From contig JBAZMQ010000004.1 of NCBI GenBank assembly GCA_041649675.1, positions 16,338-80,337 of the forward strand: 64,000 bases of DNA. The letters are read 5' to 3'. This document shows positions 10,901 through 19,369 of the stretch, piece after piece (position 1 is the first letter of the stretch; every line of letters starts with the position of its first letter). The stretch comes from Patescibacteria group bacterium (GTDB taxonomy: Bacteria > Patescibacteriota > Patescibacteriia > Buchananbacterales > UBA6539). The notes beneath the pieces were generated by a model, which was not told the origin of the DNA, ran no database searches, and worked only from the letters and a program-made list of their open reading frames with translations. Made by a program: the position numbers and the translations under genes.

Positions 10901-11781
10901 CTTATGGCGTTAATTCAGCCATGGATGCGGCATATTTTGAAGGAGAAAATAAAGATAAGGTTATTGAAATGCTTGCCGCTCAGTACTCTCATGATTTGGA
11001 AGCCCAAGGAATGGCGGTTGAAAAGATAAATGAACAAGTTGAGAAATTCAAGCAAGGTTTAAGAAATGCTAAAACTTTGCGGCTTCACAATAATGCCAGT
11101 TTAACTAGCCGGCTAGACCAGGCTCTTCATGAAAAAGCTCACGCTCAAACTATGGGTTTGGCTGATGAACAGTTAAATCAATTCTGGCAGTCACTCAGCA
11201 CAGACCAGCAGCAGCAGATTGAAACTGATATTAAATCAAAATATGGTAATAATATTGCTAGTAAACAAATGAAGCAGGAAGCAATCGCGGAAATGGCCGG
11301 GGTTGGCAAAGGAATTTATGCTCCAAGTGATAAGACTAAAGAAGTTCTAACCGGCTTAAACGTCAAAACTAGACCACAAGCCCAAGAAGATATTTCAAAG
11401 TTAGCACCAGTAGCTCAAAAAGATGTAGAAAAGGAAGGTGAAGAGCTCAAAAAAGCGGTTGCTGGATTTGACGACACCGCCATAGTTCAAGCTTTAGCTG
11501 GGATTGAAGGTATATTGGCTAACGTTGCTTCAACTTTGGATAAAATGCCAAAATCACCGGTTGAAAGCGGGGTCAAAGCTGATTTAAATAGATTGCTTGG
11601 TCAAGTTAGGGATCATCAGTCTGGTGCCGGTGGTGTTTTAGATCCTGGTTCAGTCAGCGGCTTACTGGCCAGTATAAATACTAATTTGAAATCTATTAAT
11701 GAACAATCAAAAAAAGAAAAACCATCGGGAACAGGTGAAGGAAAAATTCCGCCGATGCCGCCGAAGTTAAATAGAAAATAA
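7924..11781 (+). CDS. VirB6/TrbL-like polytopic membrane protein with a long hydrophilic C-terminal extension (1285 aa)
   Basis: N-terminal signal-like segment, then 5-7 TM helices (aa ~110-330) in an arrangement typical of VirB6/TrbL. A ~950-aa charged, coiled-coil-like tail carries the Pro-rich tandem repeat 'GPQPSPT(P/A)GP'. It lies immediately upstream of the VirB3/VirB4-like genes. Confidence 0.45.
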   Translation: MKTIPRQFKFKKTVVLVFAAVLLSSVAFSVLPGLALNFQTADPLEKTLAVLQVTPVSAAGEQTESKDNDTDSFFVTAVGWVVEKAVTLEGFVITTETKILIFFLKYNGFVKAKAVVIGWTLVRDVSNLFFVLVLLVIALATILRIEAYNFKRLLPKILLMAVLINFSRLICGFIIDFAQVIMMSFVAAFVKIGTGGNLYAVLHINDILYSTYDVQTKANTEQGISPTAIVVSGILAVFLLLVACIVIFTMMTVIIMRMIMLWMLVVLSPLPYILSAIPKAERYAQQWWQEFSKYVIVGPILAFFLWLTFAVASTDREGSIGGEQIGLGATGLDSLKTSLETTDKDTSGQTNQPITEEDNNGIFTGIGQVENMLSLIIGIGMLMAGLMITQQLGVAGGQMGGAAMSKMKSLGTSSLRSVGGLIGTGAKTLGKAPFQYIGRKVNEAVYDDRLPAWVNPAAMYRGWVARREALYTKAKEGAALGGQEMFEKAFTGVAQPRRLQMKIADSQKYASEYLFLPKEKLANYAANLYKQYQTHKTPEMRAKLRGVAQTAFRNGFEDDVMDQEIFRNMAPIDPRTNMPLHLEKEHYEKVWHNILGDHEAGAYTAATGDEIAHATKHFGVAGLTQANNVTGDIAWNDYDEKTGRFEWEEIGPDGRSYLKKDANKEIKRAKEGGRVELAEAIKEVGRNRSSFHYQGITGVQDRKDAKGEKMRIAAPFSELTMDMLNLQFKGQREIFLGEHFNSRTAIALAGGKIGDSTCEFEDNGLTQVLAGGEYAPHLLRNIALLDAIEPWLAVGMIKKVGGSETAKPESIKYRTGDWVMPLLSLRIARDSGLLEKIHKETDQTKKEQMEQDMFKQYATYSPRAAQAAGAPGPQPSPTPGPTPGALGPQPSPTAGPSPVPYSRMAQDFDREKFVRTNQAVHRYDNANDFYKSDEYKNDQNKYESAVEYARHRDALNQKELDRVRGTKTASTTKAGALQAGAGINFSDPELQKAYGVNSAMDAAYFEGENKDKVIEMLAAQYSHDLEAQGMAVEKINEQVEKFKQGLRNAKTLRLHNNASLTSRLDQALHEKAHAQTMGLADEQLNQFWQSLSTDQQQQIETDIKSKYGNNIASKQMKQEAIAEMAGVGKGIYAPSDKTKEVLTGLNVKTRPQAQEDISKLAPVAQKDVEKEGEELKKAVAGFDDTAIVQALAGIEGILANVASTLDKMPKSPVESGVKADLNRLLGQVRDHQSGAGGVLDPGSVSGLLASINTNLKSINEQSKKEKPSGTGEGKIPPMPPKLNRK
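10533..10599 (+). repeat. In-frame tandem direct repeat (period ~45 nt) that encodes the Pro-rich linker inside the VirB6-like gene
   Basis: 'ctgggccgcaaccgtcacctac' occurs twice (10533-10554 and 10578-10599). It translates to 'PGPQPSPTPGPTPGALGPQPSPTAGP'. Confidence 0.7.
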
Positions 11782-11796
11782 ATATTAAAACTAATC

Positions 11797-13053
11797 ATGT
11801 TTGATCCAAGACTAGAAAAAATTCATACCATTAAAGCTGAAGATTTAGCTAATCTTGATGTTTTCACCCAAATTAATTCAGCGGCCAATGAATATATTAA
11901 TGGTTTTTACGTTGGTGAATCCTTGGAGCTCTGGTTGGTTTTAAGCCAGTTATTAAAAGGCAAGATATTATCAGATATGCCTGTAGAATTGGCTGATAAG
12001 TACAAAAGTATTTTATTGAAACTAGCTTGGACCTGTATTTCCGTTTTACCCCAGGGAGAGGCGGAAGAATTGTTTAAATCCCAGCTCCTTTTGGGGTTAA
12101 GTTTAGAGATTGATTTGATTAATGGTGTGAAAGGATTTACTGAATATCCCTATGGCGAAGAAACCGGCCAAGAGAAGAAAAGAAAACTGGTTTTGGCCTC
12201 ATTAAAAGATAATGAAGAGCAGTTTGGCAATCGCAATTTAAAGATTGAAGGCGTGACGGGTGATTTTAAGCCGTTAATTAAAAATTGGTTAAAAGATTAC
12301 GATCAATCTACGGAAACGGAAAAGCGCAAAGGCAGATTGAGTTTTTTGGAATATATTAATACAAGTAAAAATGTTCGGCAGTTGGATAATTCACAAAAAG
12401 ATATTTTAAAACAGATATTGGAAGTTTATGATTTTTTACGTTTTACTGTCACTGCCCCCGAGGTTCCGTTAACCGGCCATCAGTTACCCAGCCAGCAAAT
12501 CGGAATTTCGTCAGCCACGCCATTCTTGCCAACAGAGTCTTTAGCCTTAGAAAAAGTTGAATCTAGCGCCCAACAGGATATTATAAAGGCTTATCAAGGT
12601 GATCCAAAAGCGCAAAGCGCAATTGCTAAAGCTGAAGAAAAATTAGTCAAATTGGTTAAAGAGGATAAGGGTAGGTTGAGGGCAGAATTTTTTGCCGCAG
12701 TTCAAAAAAAGGATGTCAATATGACGATTGCGGCTTTTAGGCTTTTAGCCCAGAAAGACGATATTAGTAATTTTTTGCAAGAGGACGTCAAACTAAATAA
12801 GTTTTTAACCTCAGTTTGGGTCAAGCAGTATGGCGCTGATTTTGTCAAAGAATTTAATCAAAATCCCGGCGAATTGAAGTTTGTTCGGTTATTTTTAAGG
12901 TATGTTTTGCAAGACAGGCTGGGCCTGGCCCAAAATGACGCGGCCAGAGTTGGTTTACAAATTGGTAATATCCTGGTTAATTTAGGAAAAAAAGGTTATA
13001 ATAAAATGGCATATTTTGACATTAAAAAGAAACAGTTTGAATGGTTGGAATAG
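11797..13053 (+). CDS. Hypothetical protein (418 aa)
   Basis: ORF with coding-like composition in operon context; no recognisable motifs. Confidence 0.55.
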   Translation: MFDPRLEKIHTIKAEDLANLDVFTQINSAANEYINGFYVGESLELWLVLSQLLKGKILSDMPVELADKYKSILLKLAWTCISVLPQGEAEELFKSQLLLGLSLEIDLINGVKGFTEYPYGEETGQEKKRKLVLASLKDNEEQFGNRNLKIEGVTGDFKPLIKNWLKDYDQSTETEKRKGRLSFLEYINTSKNVRQLDNSQKDILKQILEVYDFLRFTVTAPEVPLTGHQLPSQQIGISSATPFLPTESLALEKVESSAQQDIIKAYQGDPKAQSAIAKAEEKLVKLVKEDKGRLRAEFFAAVQKKDVNMTIAAFRLLAQKDDISNFLQEDVKLNKFLTSVWVKQYGADFVKEFNQNPGELKFVRLFLRYVLQDRLGLAQNDAARVGLQIGNILVNLGKKGYNKMAYFDIKKKQFEWLE

Positions 13054-13058
13054 TAAGT

Positions 13059-13170
13059 AGCTGTTAGCTTTTAGCTAGTAGCTTATAGAAGGAGTTGAGC
13101 TATATATTTGTAATCCAATTCACTATAGTAATTATTATTAGAAATAACTAACAGCTAAAAGCTAACAGCT
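13059..13170. repeat. 18-bp perfect inverted repeat (AGCTGTTAGCTTTTAGCT / AGCTAAAAGCTAACAGCT) flanking a 76-nt AT-rich spacer in the intergenic region upstream of metK
   Basis: Arms at 13059-13076 and 13153-13170 are exact reverse complements. Confidence 0.8.
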
Positions 13171-13206
13171 GGCAGCTATCTTGGGGACAAGAAAGGAAAT
13201 ATTAAA

Positions 13207-14379
13207 ATGGCAAAGAGTAATAAAAAGTACACTTTTACTTCAGAGTCGGTAACTGAAGGTCATCCCGATAAAGTCTGCGATCAAATTTCGGATGGTATTT
13301 TGGATGCAGCTTTAACTGATGATCCCAAATCTAGGGTGGCAATTGAAACCCTAGTCACTACCGGGTTAGTTGTTGTGGCCGGAGAAATGACTACCAGTAC
13401 TTATATTGATGTGCCAAAAGTGGTCAGGGGAATTATTAAGGATATTGGTTATACCGATCCGACTATTGGTTTTGATTGGGAAAATTGTGCGGTCGTAACT
13501 TCAATTGATGCACAAAGTCCGGACATCTCGCAAGGCGTTTCGGCTGGGCAAGGCCTTTTTAAAGAGCAAGGCGCTGGTGATCAGGGTATGATGTTTGGTT
13601 ATGCTACCAACGAAACTCCTGAATATCTGCCCTTACCGATAGTTTTGGCTCATAAACTCACCCAAACTTTGGCCGCAGTCAGAAAAAGTGGTCAATTAGC
13701 CTGGTTAAGACCGGATGGCAAATCCCAGGTTAGCGTTGATTATGCCGATGGCCAGCCGCAGCGGGTGGCAACAGTAGTTGTTTCCACTCAACATACCGCC
13801 GAGGTTGAACATGATGAAATTGAAAAAGAAATTATTGAAAAAGTGGTTAAACCGGTTTGCGGCCAATGGCTGGATAAGGATACAAAATATTATATCAATC
13901 CAACTGGAAAATTTATTATTGGTGGGCCTCATGGTGATACCGGCGTAACTGGCCGAAAAATTATTGTTGATACTTATGGCGGTCATGGCAGCCATGGTGG
14001 TGGTGCTTTTTCTGGCAAAGATCCGTCAAAAGTTGACCGGTCAGCTGCTTATATGGCTCGTTACATTGCTAAAAATATTGTTGCTTCCGGAGTGGCGTCA
14101 CAATGCGAAGTTCAGTTGGCATATGCTATCGGCGTGGCTGACCCGATTTCAATTTTAGTCAATACTGAAGGTACAGCTAAAGTTGATGAAGGAAAAATTG
14201 AGCAGGTTGTTAGAGAAGTCTTTCCATTAAAGCCAGCCGGAATAATTGAGCATTTAAAGCTTTTGCGGCCAATCTACCGAAAAACCACTTGTTATGGCCA
14301 TTTTGGCAGAAATGACGCTGATTTTACCTGGGAAAAAACCGATAAGGCTGATGAATTAAAGAAAGCTTTAGGTTTATAA
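13207..14379 (+). CDS. metK: S-adenosylmethionine synthetase
   Basis: Full-length match to MetK hallmarks: '[20 protein letters not shown]', '[30 protein letters not shown]' and 'DTYGG'. Confidence 0.95.
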   Translation: MAKSNKKYTFTSESVTEGHPDKVCDQISDGILDAALTDDPKSRVAIETLVTTGLVVVAGEMTTSTYIDVPKVVRGIIKDIGYTDPTIGFDWENCAVVTSIDAQSPDISQGVSAGQGLFKEQGAGDQGMMFGYATNETPEYLPLPIVLAHKLTQTLAAVRKSGQLAWLRPDGKSQVSVDYADGQPQRVATVVVSTQHTAEVEHDEIEKEIIEKVVKPVCGQWLDKDTKYYINPTGKFIIGGPHGDTGVTGRKIIVDTYGGHGSHGGGAFSGKDPSKVDRSAAYMARYIAKNIVASGVASQCEVQLAYAIGVADPISILVNTEGTAKVDEGKIEQVVREVFPLKPAGIIEHLKLLRPIYRKTTCYGHFGRNDADFTWEKTDKADELKKALGL

Positions 14380-14401
14380 TCAATAAATAATAAATTAAGT
14401 A

Positions 14402-15580
14402 ATGGCAGTTAATGATAATAAAAAAACCGATGATTTTTTTAGTGCCCTCGCTCAAGAGCAGCAAATTGAAAATCCATTTGCCACTGAAGAAATACTTTTT
14501 CGCGATGAAAATGGTGTTTTGAAGATTTTGAAGGGCGGGCAGGTTTTGGATTATACCCAAAATGGCGAGCAAAAAGATCAAACTGCTGCCCCGCTTCAGC
14601 CTGAGCCACTACCAGTTTTGCCAAAGCCAGAAGTCGTACCGTCGCCACCACTCAGTCAGCCAGTTTTGCCACCAATTCCTGTTGTGGAACCCATCCCAGC
14701 CCCAGCGCCGGTTACACCCAGTGAGCCATTAGGTCAGCCGCTGAACTTAGACGAAGAAATAGAGATGGTGATTAAAAAATCAGGCATTCATTTTACTGAT
14801 CAGCAGTTAGCTAAACGTTTCACCAGCATCATTACTTCCAGGCTTAAGCACATTCGCGATCAAGTCCAAACCAAAGAAGCACTTTTGAGTTCGCCCACGG
14901 CGGGTGGAATGGGATTTACTTCGGTCCAGGCCGATCGGATAATGCTTGCGATTAATCAAGTTCTGGATCAATTGAGTAATAAGCTAAGACAAGGAGTAAG
15001 CCAGGAACCATTTTCTGATTTACAACAGGAGGTCCAAAAGCTTTTAGCCCAACAGCCACTGGTTTCATCACCGCCAAAAATTGTTTTCTCCGCCCCAGCT
15101 AAGCCAGTTGAACCGGCAAAAGTTACACCAATTAAACCAGTAGCGGTTGAAAAACCGCAGCCAGTAGCCGCTCCCAAGCCACCTGCGTTACCTCAAATGC
15201 CAGCTGCCAATACTTTTACCAAGCCAAAAATTGAAGATGTTAGGTTTGAGCCAAAATTAACCGGGCCAATTGAAGAAATCCATTCCATGACTTTGATTGA
15301 TTTTCGTCGCTTAGGTTCCACGCCTCAGCAGGCAATTGAAAAGATTATTGAAAAAATTGATTTATTGGAAGAGGAATCATTTACTAAAAAAACCCAGGCA
15401 ATAAAGGCCTGGAAAGAAAATGAAGTTTACCGTCTTTATTTAGCCTTGGGCGATCAAAGCATGGAAGAAAGAAAGCCGATTGCTGAAATAATTGAAGAAA
15501 AACAAAAAGCAAATCAGCCCACCTTGACCTCTCAAGAAGTAGAAGCAATAATTGAATTAAATCAAAAATTAAGATATTAA
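14402..15580 (+). CDS. Proline-rich hypothetical protein (392 aa)
   Basis: ORF with long P/V/E-rich low-complexity tracts ('PLQPEPLPVLPKPEVVPSPPLSQPVLPPIPVVEPIPAPAPV'). No catalytic motifs. Confidence 0.55.
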   Translation: MAVNDNKKTDDFFSALAQEQQIENPFATEEILFRDENGVLKILKGGQVLDYTQNGEQKDQTAAPLQPEPLPVLPKPEVVPSPPLSQPVLPPIPVVEPIPAPAPVTPSEPLGQPLNLDEEIEMVIKKSGIHFTDQQLAKRFTSIITSRLKHIRDQVQTKEALLSSPTAGGMGFTSVQADRIMLAINQVLDQLSNKLRQGVSQEPFSDLQQEVQKLLAQQPLVSSPPKIVFSAPAKPVEPAKVTPIKPVAVEKPQPVAAPKPPALPQMPAANTFTKPKIEDVRFEPKLTGPIEEIHSMTLIDFRRLGSTPQQAIEKIIEKIDLLEEESFTKKTQAIKAWKENEVYRLYLALGDQSMEERKPIAEIIEEKQKANQPTLTSQEVEAIIELNQKLRY

Positions 15581-15625
15581 ATTAGCTTTTGGGAAGTAGT
15601 ATCTCTATAAGCTATAAGCTAGCAT

Positions 15626-16084
15626 ATGCAGCAATTTGTTGTTCCCCAATTTATTGACGTTGAAGACAAAGTCATCGGACCGATAACTGTTCGTCAGTTT
15701 ATTATCCTTTTGGTTGGCGGCGGTTTAATCTTTGTTTCCTATAAATTGGCTGATTTCACCTTGTTTTTACTGGAATTTGTCATCATCGGTTTAGTTACCT
15801 TTGTTGTTGCCTTTATTAAAATTAATGGGCGCCCAATTCATTATTTTTTGCTTAATATTATTCAAACTTTAAAAAGACCCAGAAAACAAGTTTGGCAAAA
15901 ATTATTTTCTAATAGCGAGTTAAAAGGTTATGCTAAAACCAAAACCCCGACTTTACCACCACAGATTAGGACTAAAAATAAGGTTAGAGCTTCAAGATTA
16001 GCCGAACTTGCCTTAGTAGTTGATACTGGCGGGATTTATCAGGGTGAAAAAGAGCCACCAACCAGTTTAAATAATTTAATATGA
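15626..16084 (+). CDS. Small two-TM membrane protein, PrgI/VirB3-like
   Basis: 152 aa with two hydrophobic helices. It sits immediately upstream of the VirB4-like genes with an ATGA overlap, the usual VirB3-VirB4 gene order. Confidence 0.4.
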   Translation: MQQFVVPQFIDVEDKVIGPITVRQFIILLVGGGLIFVSYKLADFTLFLLEFVIIGLVTFVVAFIKINGRPIHYFLLNIIQTLKRPRKQVWQKLFSNSELKGYAKTKTPTLPPQIRTKNKVRASRLAELALVVDTGGIYQGEKEPPTSLNNLI

Positions 16085-16761
16085 AATCAAAAAAATTAGC
16101 CGGAAGTAAACCTAGCGCTGCCACCCAAAAATACTTGGATATTGCTGAAATCCGAGAGGATTGTGTTATTTTAAAGGATGGCACCCTGCGCGCGGTATTA
16201 TTAGTTTCCAGCATTAATTTTTCTCTAAAATCCGAAGACGAACAGAACGCCATAATTTCTGCTTACGTTAGTTTTTTAAATTATTTGGAATTTCCCTTAC
16301 AAATTGTCATTCAGTCACGCAAATTAGATATTGATGGCTACCTTAATCGGCTTAAAAAAATTGAAAAAGAGCAGACCAATGAATTACTGCGGATGCAAAC
16401 TGCTGAATACCGGCAATACATTACCGAGCTGGTTGAATTGGGAGATATAATGACTAAGCGTTTTTATATCATTGTACCGTATAATCCTTTGTCGGATAAA
16501 CAAAAATCGTGGGCTTCAAGATTTTTTAGTCTTTTTTCCGCTGCTTCCGAAGTAAAGCTTAGTCAGGAAGCGTTTATTAAAAGGCGGCGGGATTTAATGC
16601 AGCGAGTTGACAATATTGTCAGTGGTTTGGGTAGTATGAGTTTAAAAACAGTTTTATTGGATACCCAAAGTTTAGTTGAGCTTTACTATAATACTTATAA
16701 TCCGGATGTTTATAATAAAGAAAAAATGGTTGAAGTAAATAAACTACGAGTTGAAGAATAA
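16081..16761 (+). CDS. VirB4/TrbE N-terminal domain encoded as a separate ORF (226 aa)
   Basis: 'YLDIAEIREDCVILKDGTLRAVLLVSSINF...SEDEQNAIISAYVSFLN' resembles the conserved N-terminal region of VirB4/CagE/TrbE. Its stop TAA (16759-16761) lies 1 nt before the ATG of the ATPase ORF, in a different frame. Confidence 0.45.
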   Translation: MKSKKLAGSKPSAATQKYLDIAEIREDCVILKDGTLRAVLLVSSINFSLKSEDEQNAIISAYVSFLNYLEFPLQIVIQSRKLDIDGYLNRLKKIEKEQTNELLRMQTAEYRQYITELVELGDIMTKRFYIIVPYNPLSDKQKSWASRFFSLFSAASEVKLSQEAFIKRRRDLMQRVDNIVSGLGSMSLKTVLLDTQSLVELYYNTYNPDVYNKEKMVEVNKLRVEE

Positions 16762-16762
16762 T

Positions 16763-18685
16763 ATGGCAATAAAACCCCAAGAAATAATTAAAGAGGAGAA
16801 ACTGGCGGCTTTGGCAAACCAACAGCAGGCAGATGAACAGCAGCGGCAAAAAGAAAAACAGGATTTAGAAGAGCAAAAAATTCTTTTGGAAGAAGAACGG
16901 GTTTATCGCGAAGGCTTGGTTTCGATTAAAGATTTGATCGCGCCGGCGGCTTTGGAAGTAACTCCGACCTATATTAAAATTGGTGATCAGTTTGCCAGAA
17001 CCTTGTTTGCTTTTAGCTATCCTCGTTATATCGCTGTTGGCTGGTTTGCGCCGATAATTAATTTAAGCGTGCCCTTGGACATTGCCATGTATTTTTATCC
17101 GGTTAAATCCAACATTATTTTAAAGCAATTAAGAAATAAGGTTGGTGCTTTGGAAGCCCAAATTTTATCCGATCGCGAGAAGGGAGCACCTCGTGACCCG
17201 ATTCGGGAAACCGCTTTGCGCGATATTGAAAAATTAAGAGATGATTTGACTCAGGGGATTGAACATTTTTTTCAATTTGGCCTTTACGTTACAATTTATA
17301 GCGAGACTAAAGAGAAATTGGATAATTTAACTTCTGACGTTGAGGCTTTGTTTGGCTCTCGGCTGGTTTTTTCTAAAAAAGTTTTGTATCAAGCCGAACA
17401 GGGTTTTAATTCAACCTTGCCCTTGGGTAATGACGAATTAATGATTGGTTTTAACATGAATTCTTCGCCAGCGGCTTCCTCTTTCCCTTTTATTTCGTCT
17501 GAATTGAGTTCTGATGAGGGCGTTTTGTATGGTATTAATCGCCATAACAATAGTTTGATATTATTTGATCGTTTTTCTTTACAAAATGCTAATACAGTTG
17601 TCTTTGCTACTTCGGGTGCCGGTAAAAGTTATACTATCAAATTGGAAGTTTTGCGTACCATGATGTTTGGTACGGACGTTATTGTTATTGATCCGGAAAG
17701 AGAATATAAACATCTGTGCGATGCCGTTGGCGGGACTTATGTTAATATTTCCTTGAGCTCGGAAGCAAAAATTAATCCTTTTGATTTGCCGCGGGCAGTT
17801 GGTGATCAGCGTTCGGCCGATGTTATCCGGGGTGCGGTTATTACGTTAAAAGGTTTAGTTCGTTTAATGCTTGGCAAGCTGACTCACCAAGAAGATTCAA
17901 TCATTGATCGGGCCTTATTAGAAACTTACGCTAAAAAAGATATTACCGCCAGTTCTGATCTAAGTAAAATTGAAGCGCCAATCATGCAGGATTTTCAGGA
18001 TATTTTGGAAGGGATGGAAGGTGGTTCGGATTTATCTTTACGTTTAAAAAAATATACCCAAGGGACATTTGCCGGTTTGTTTAATCATCCGACCAACGTT
18101 GATATGAAAAATCAGTTGATTGTTTTTTCCGTTCGGGACTTGGAAGATGAGCTGCGGCCAATGGCAATTTATACGATTGTTAACTATATTTGGAATGTTG
18201 TCCGTTCGCAACTTAAGAAAAGAATTTTAATTATTGATGAAGCCTGGTGGCTGATGCAAAACGAAGATTCAGCTAAATTTATTTTTGCCTTGGTCAAACG
18301 CTGCCGAAAATACTATTTAGGGGTGACTAATATTACTCAAGATGTCAATGACTTTTTGCTTTCGCCTTATGGTCAAGCAATTGTCAACAATTCCGCTTTG
18401 CAATTATTAATGCGCCAATCACCGTCGGGAATTGATTTGGTCCAAAAAACCTTTATGCTAACCGAAGGCGAAAAATATTTGCTTTTGGAATGCGGTGTTG
18501 GTGAAGGAATATTTTTTGCCGGCGATAAACATGCGGCCATTAAAGTCGTTGCCTCTTACACTGAAGATCAGCTAATCACCTCTGATCCCAGGCAAATTTT
18601 GCAAATTGAAGAAGCTAAAAAAGAATTTGATTTGGCTTCACAGAACCAGGAGGTTGAAGAAGTTGAGGAACAAATATCCCAGTAG
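16763..18685 (+). CDS. virB4: VirB4/TrbE/CagE-family type IV secretion ATPase (C-terminal ATPase portion)
   Basis: Walker A 'ATSGAGKSYT', Walker B 'ILIIDEAWWL' and overall VirB4-like architecture. The ATG at 16763 is preferred over the TTG at 16751 used by the ORF track. Confidence 0.75.
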   Translation: MAIKPQEIIKEEKLAALANQQQADEQQRQKEKQDLEEQKILLEEERVYREGLVSIKDLIAPAALEVTPTYIKIGDQFARTLFAFSYPRYIAVGWFAPIINLSVPLDIAMYFYPVKSNIILKQLRNKVGALEAQILSDREKGAPRDPIRETALRDIEKLRDDLTQGIEHFFQFGLYVTIYSETKEKLDNLTSDVEALFGSRLVFSKKVLYQAEQGFNSTLPLGNDELMIGFNMNSSPAASSFPFISSELSSDEGVLYGINRHNNSLILFDRFSLQNANTVVFATSGAGKSYTIKLEVLRTMMFGTDVIVIDPEREYKHLCDAVGGTYVNISLSSEAKINPFDLPRAVGDQRSADVIRGAVITLKGLVRLMLGKLTHQEDSIIDRALLETYAKKDITASSDLSKIEAPIMQDFQDILEGMEGGSDLSLRLKKYTQGTFAGLFNHPTNVDMKNQLIVFSVRDLEDELRPMAIYTIVNYIWNVVRSQLKKRILIIDEAWWLMQNEDSAKFIFALVKRCRKYYLGVTNITQDVNDFLLSPYGQAIVNNSALQLLMRQSPSGIDLVQKTFMLTEGEKYLLLECGVGEGIFFAGDKHAAIKVVASYTEDQLITSDPRQILQIEEAKKEFDLASQNQEVEEVEEQISQ

Positions 18686-18708
18686 GTTAAATATTAATTT
18701 GTCCGTAT

Positions 18709-19308
18709 ATGAGTAAGCGAAATAAAATAATTATTGCCATCATCGCTGTTGTTGTAGTAATATTATTGATAATAATTATTGCCTTGTTTCTAAATCAAAG
18801 AAGATCAGCCCGGTTGGTAAACATTAATACTAATCAAGCCGGACAGCTGCCAGCCAATCAACCGGCCTCAACGGCTGGGTTAAATAAATCCCAAGAGTCA
18901 CCAGTCAAGGAAAAAAAATTAGAGGCCAGCTTGAAGGCGATTGCTTCAACCTTTGCTGAACGTTTTGGTAGTTACTCCAATGAAGGCAATTACTCTAACC
19001 TTGAAGCGCTAAAAGATTTAATGACTGACAGGATGAAAGCTTGGGCTCAAAGCTATCAGGCTTCACAACAAAAACCTAGTACCAATGATTCAATCGTTTA
19101 TTATGGTATCACCACTCAAGCTTTGTCGGTTCAAATTTCAAATTTTGACCAGGCAGTTGGTACGGCTGAAGCTATAGTTGTTACTCAACGGCAAGAAACG
19201 AAAAACAATACTACTAATCCTAAAGTTTATTACCAAAATTTAAAATTACAATTATTAAAAACGGCAGCCGGTTGGAAAGTTGATGCCGCCGAATGGCAGC
19301 AGCCATAG
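18709..19308 (+). CDS. N-terminally membrane-anchored protein, possibly VirB8/TcpC-like
   Basis: Single N-terminal TM ('IIIAIIAVVVVILLIIIIALFL') followed by a ~165-aa domain rich in beta-strand-like sequence. Position directly after virB4. Confidence 0.35.
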   Translation: MSKRNKIIIAIIAVVVVILLIIIIALFLNQRRSARLVNINTNQAGQLPANQPASTAGLNKSQESPVKEKKLEASLKAIASTFAERFGSYSNEGNYSNLEALKDLMTDRMKAWAQSYQASQQKPSTNDSIVYYGITTQALSVQISNFDQAVGTAEAIVVTQRQETKNNTTNPKVYYQNLKLQLLKTAAGWKVDAAEWQQP

Positions 19309-19369
19309 TTTGGTGTAAATTATAAACATAGTCAACATAGCGCAATAATTAATAATTTAGATTAGCGCT

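Noticed and set aside
13054-13206. SAM-I (S-box) riboswitch upstream of metK
   Set aside because: The conserved S-box core segments are not visible. The region is dominated by an AT-rich perfect palindrome instead, so I report the inverted repeat only.
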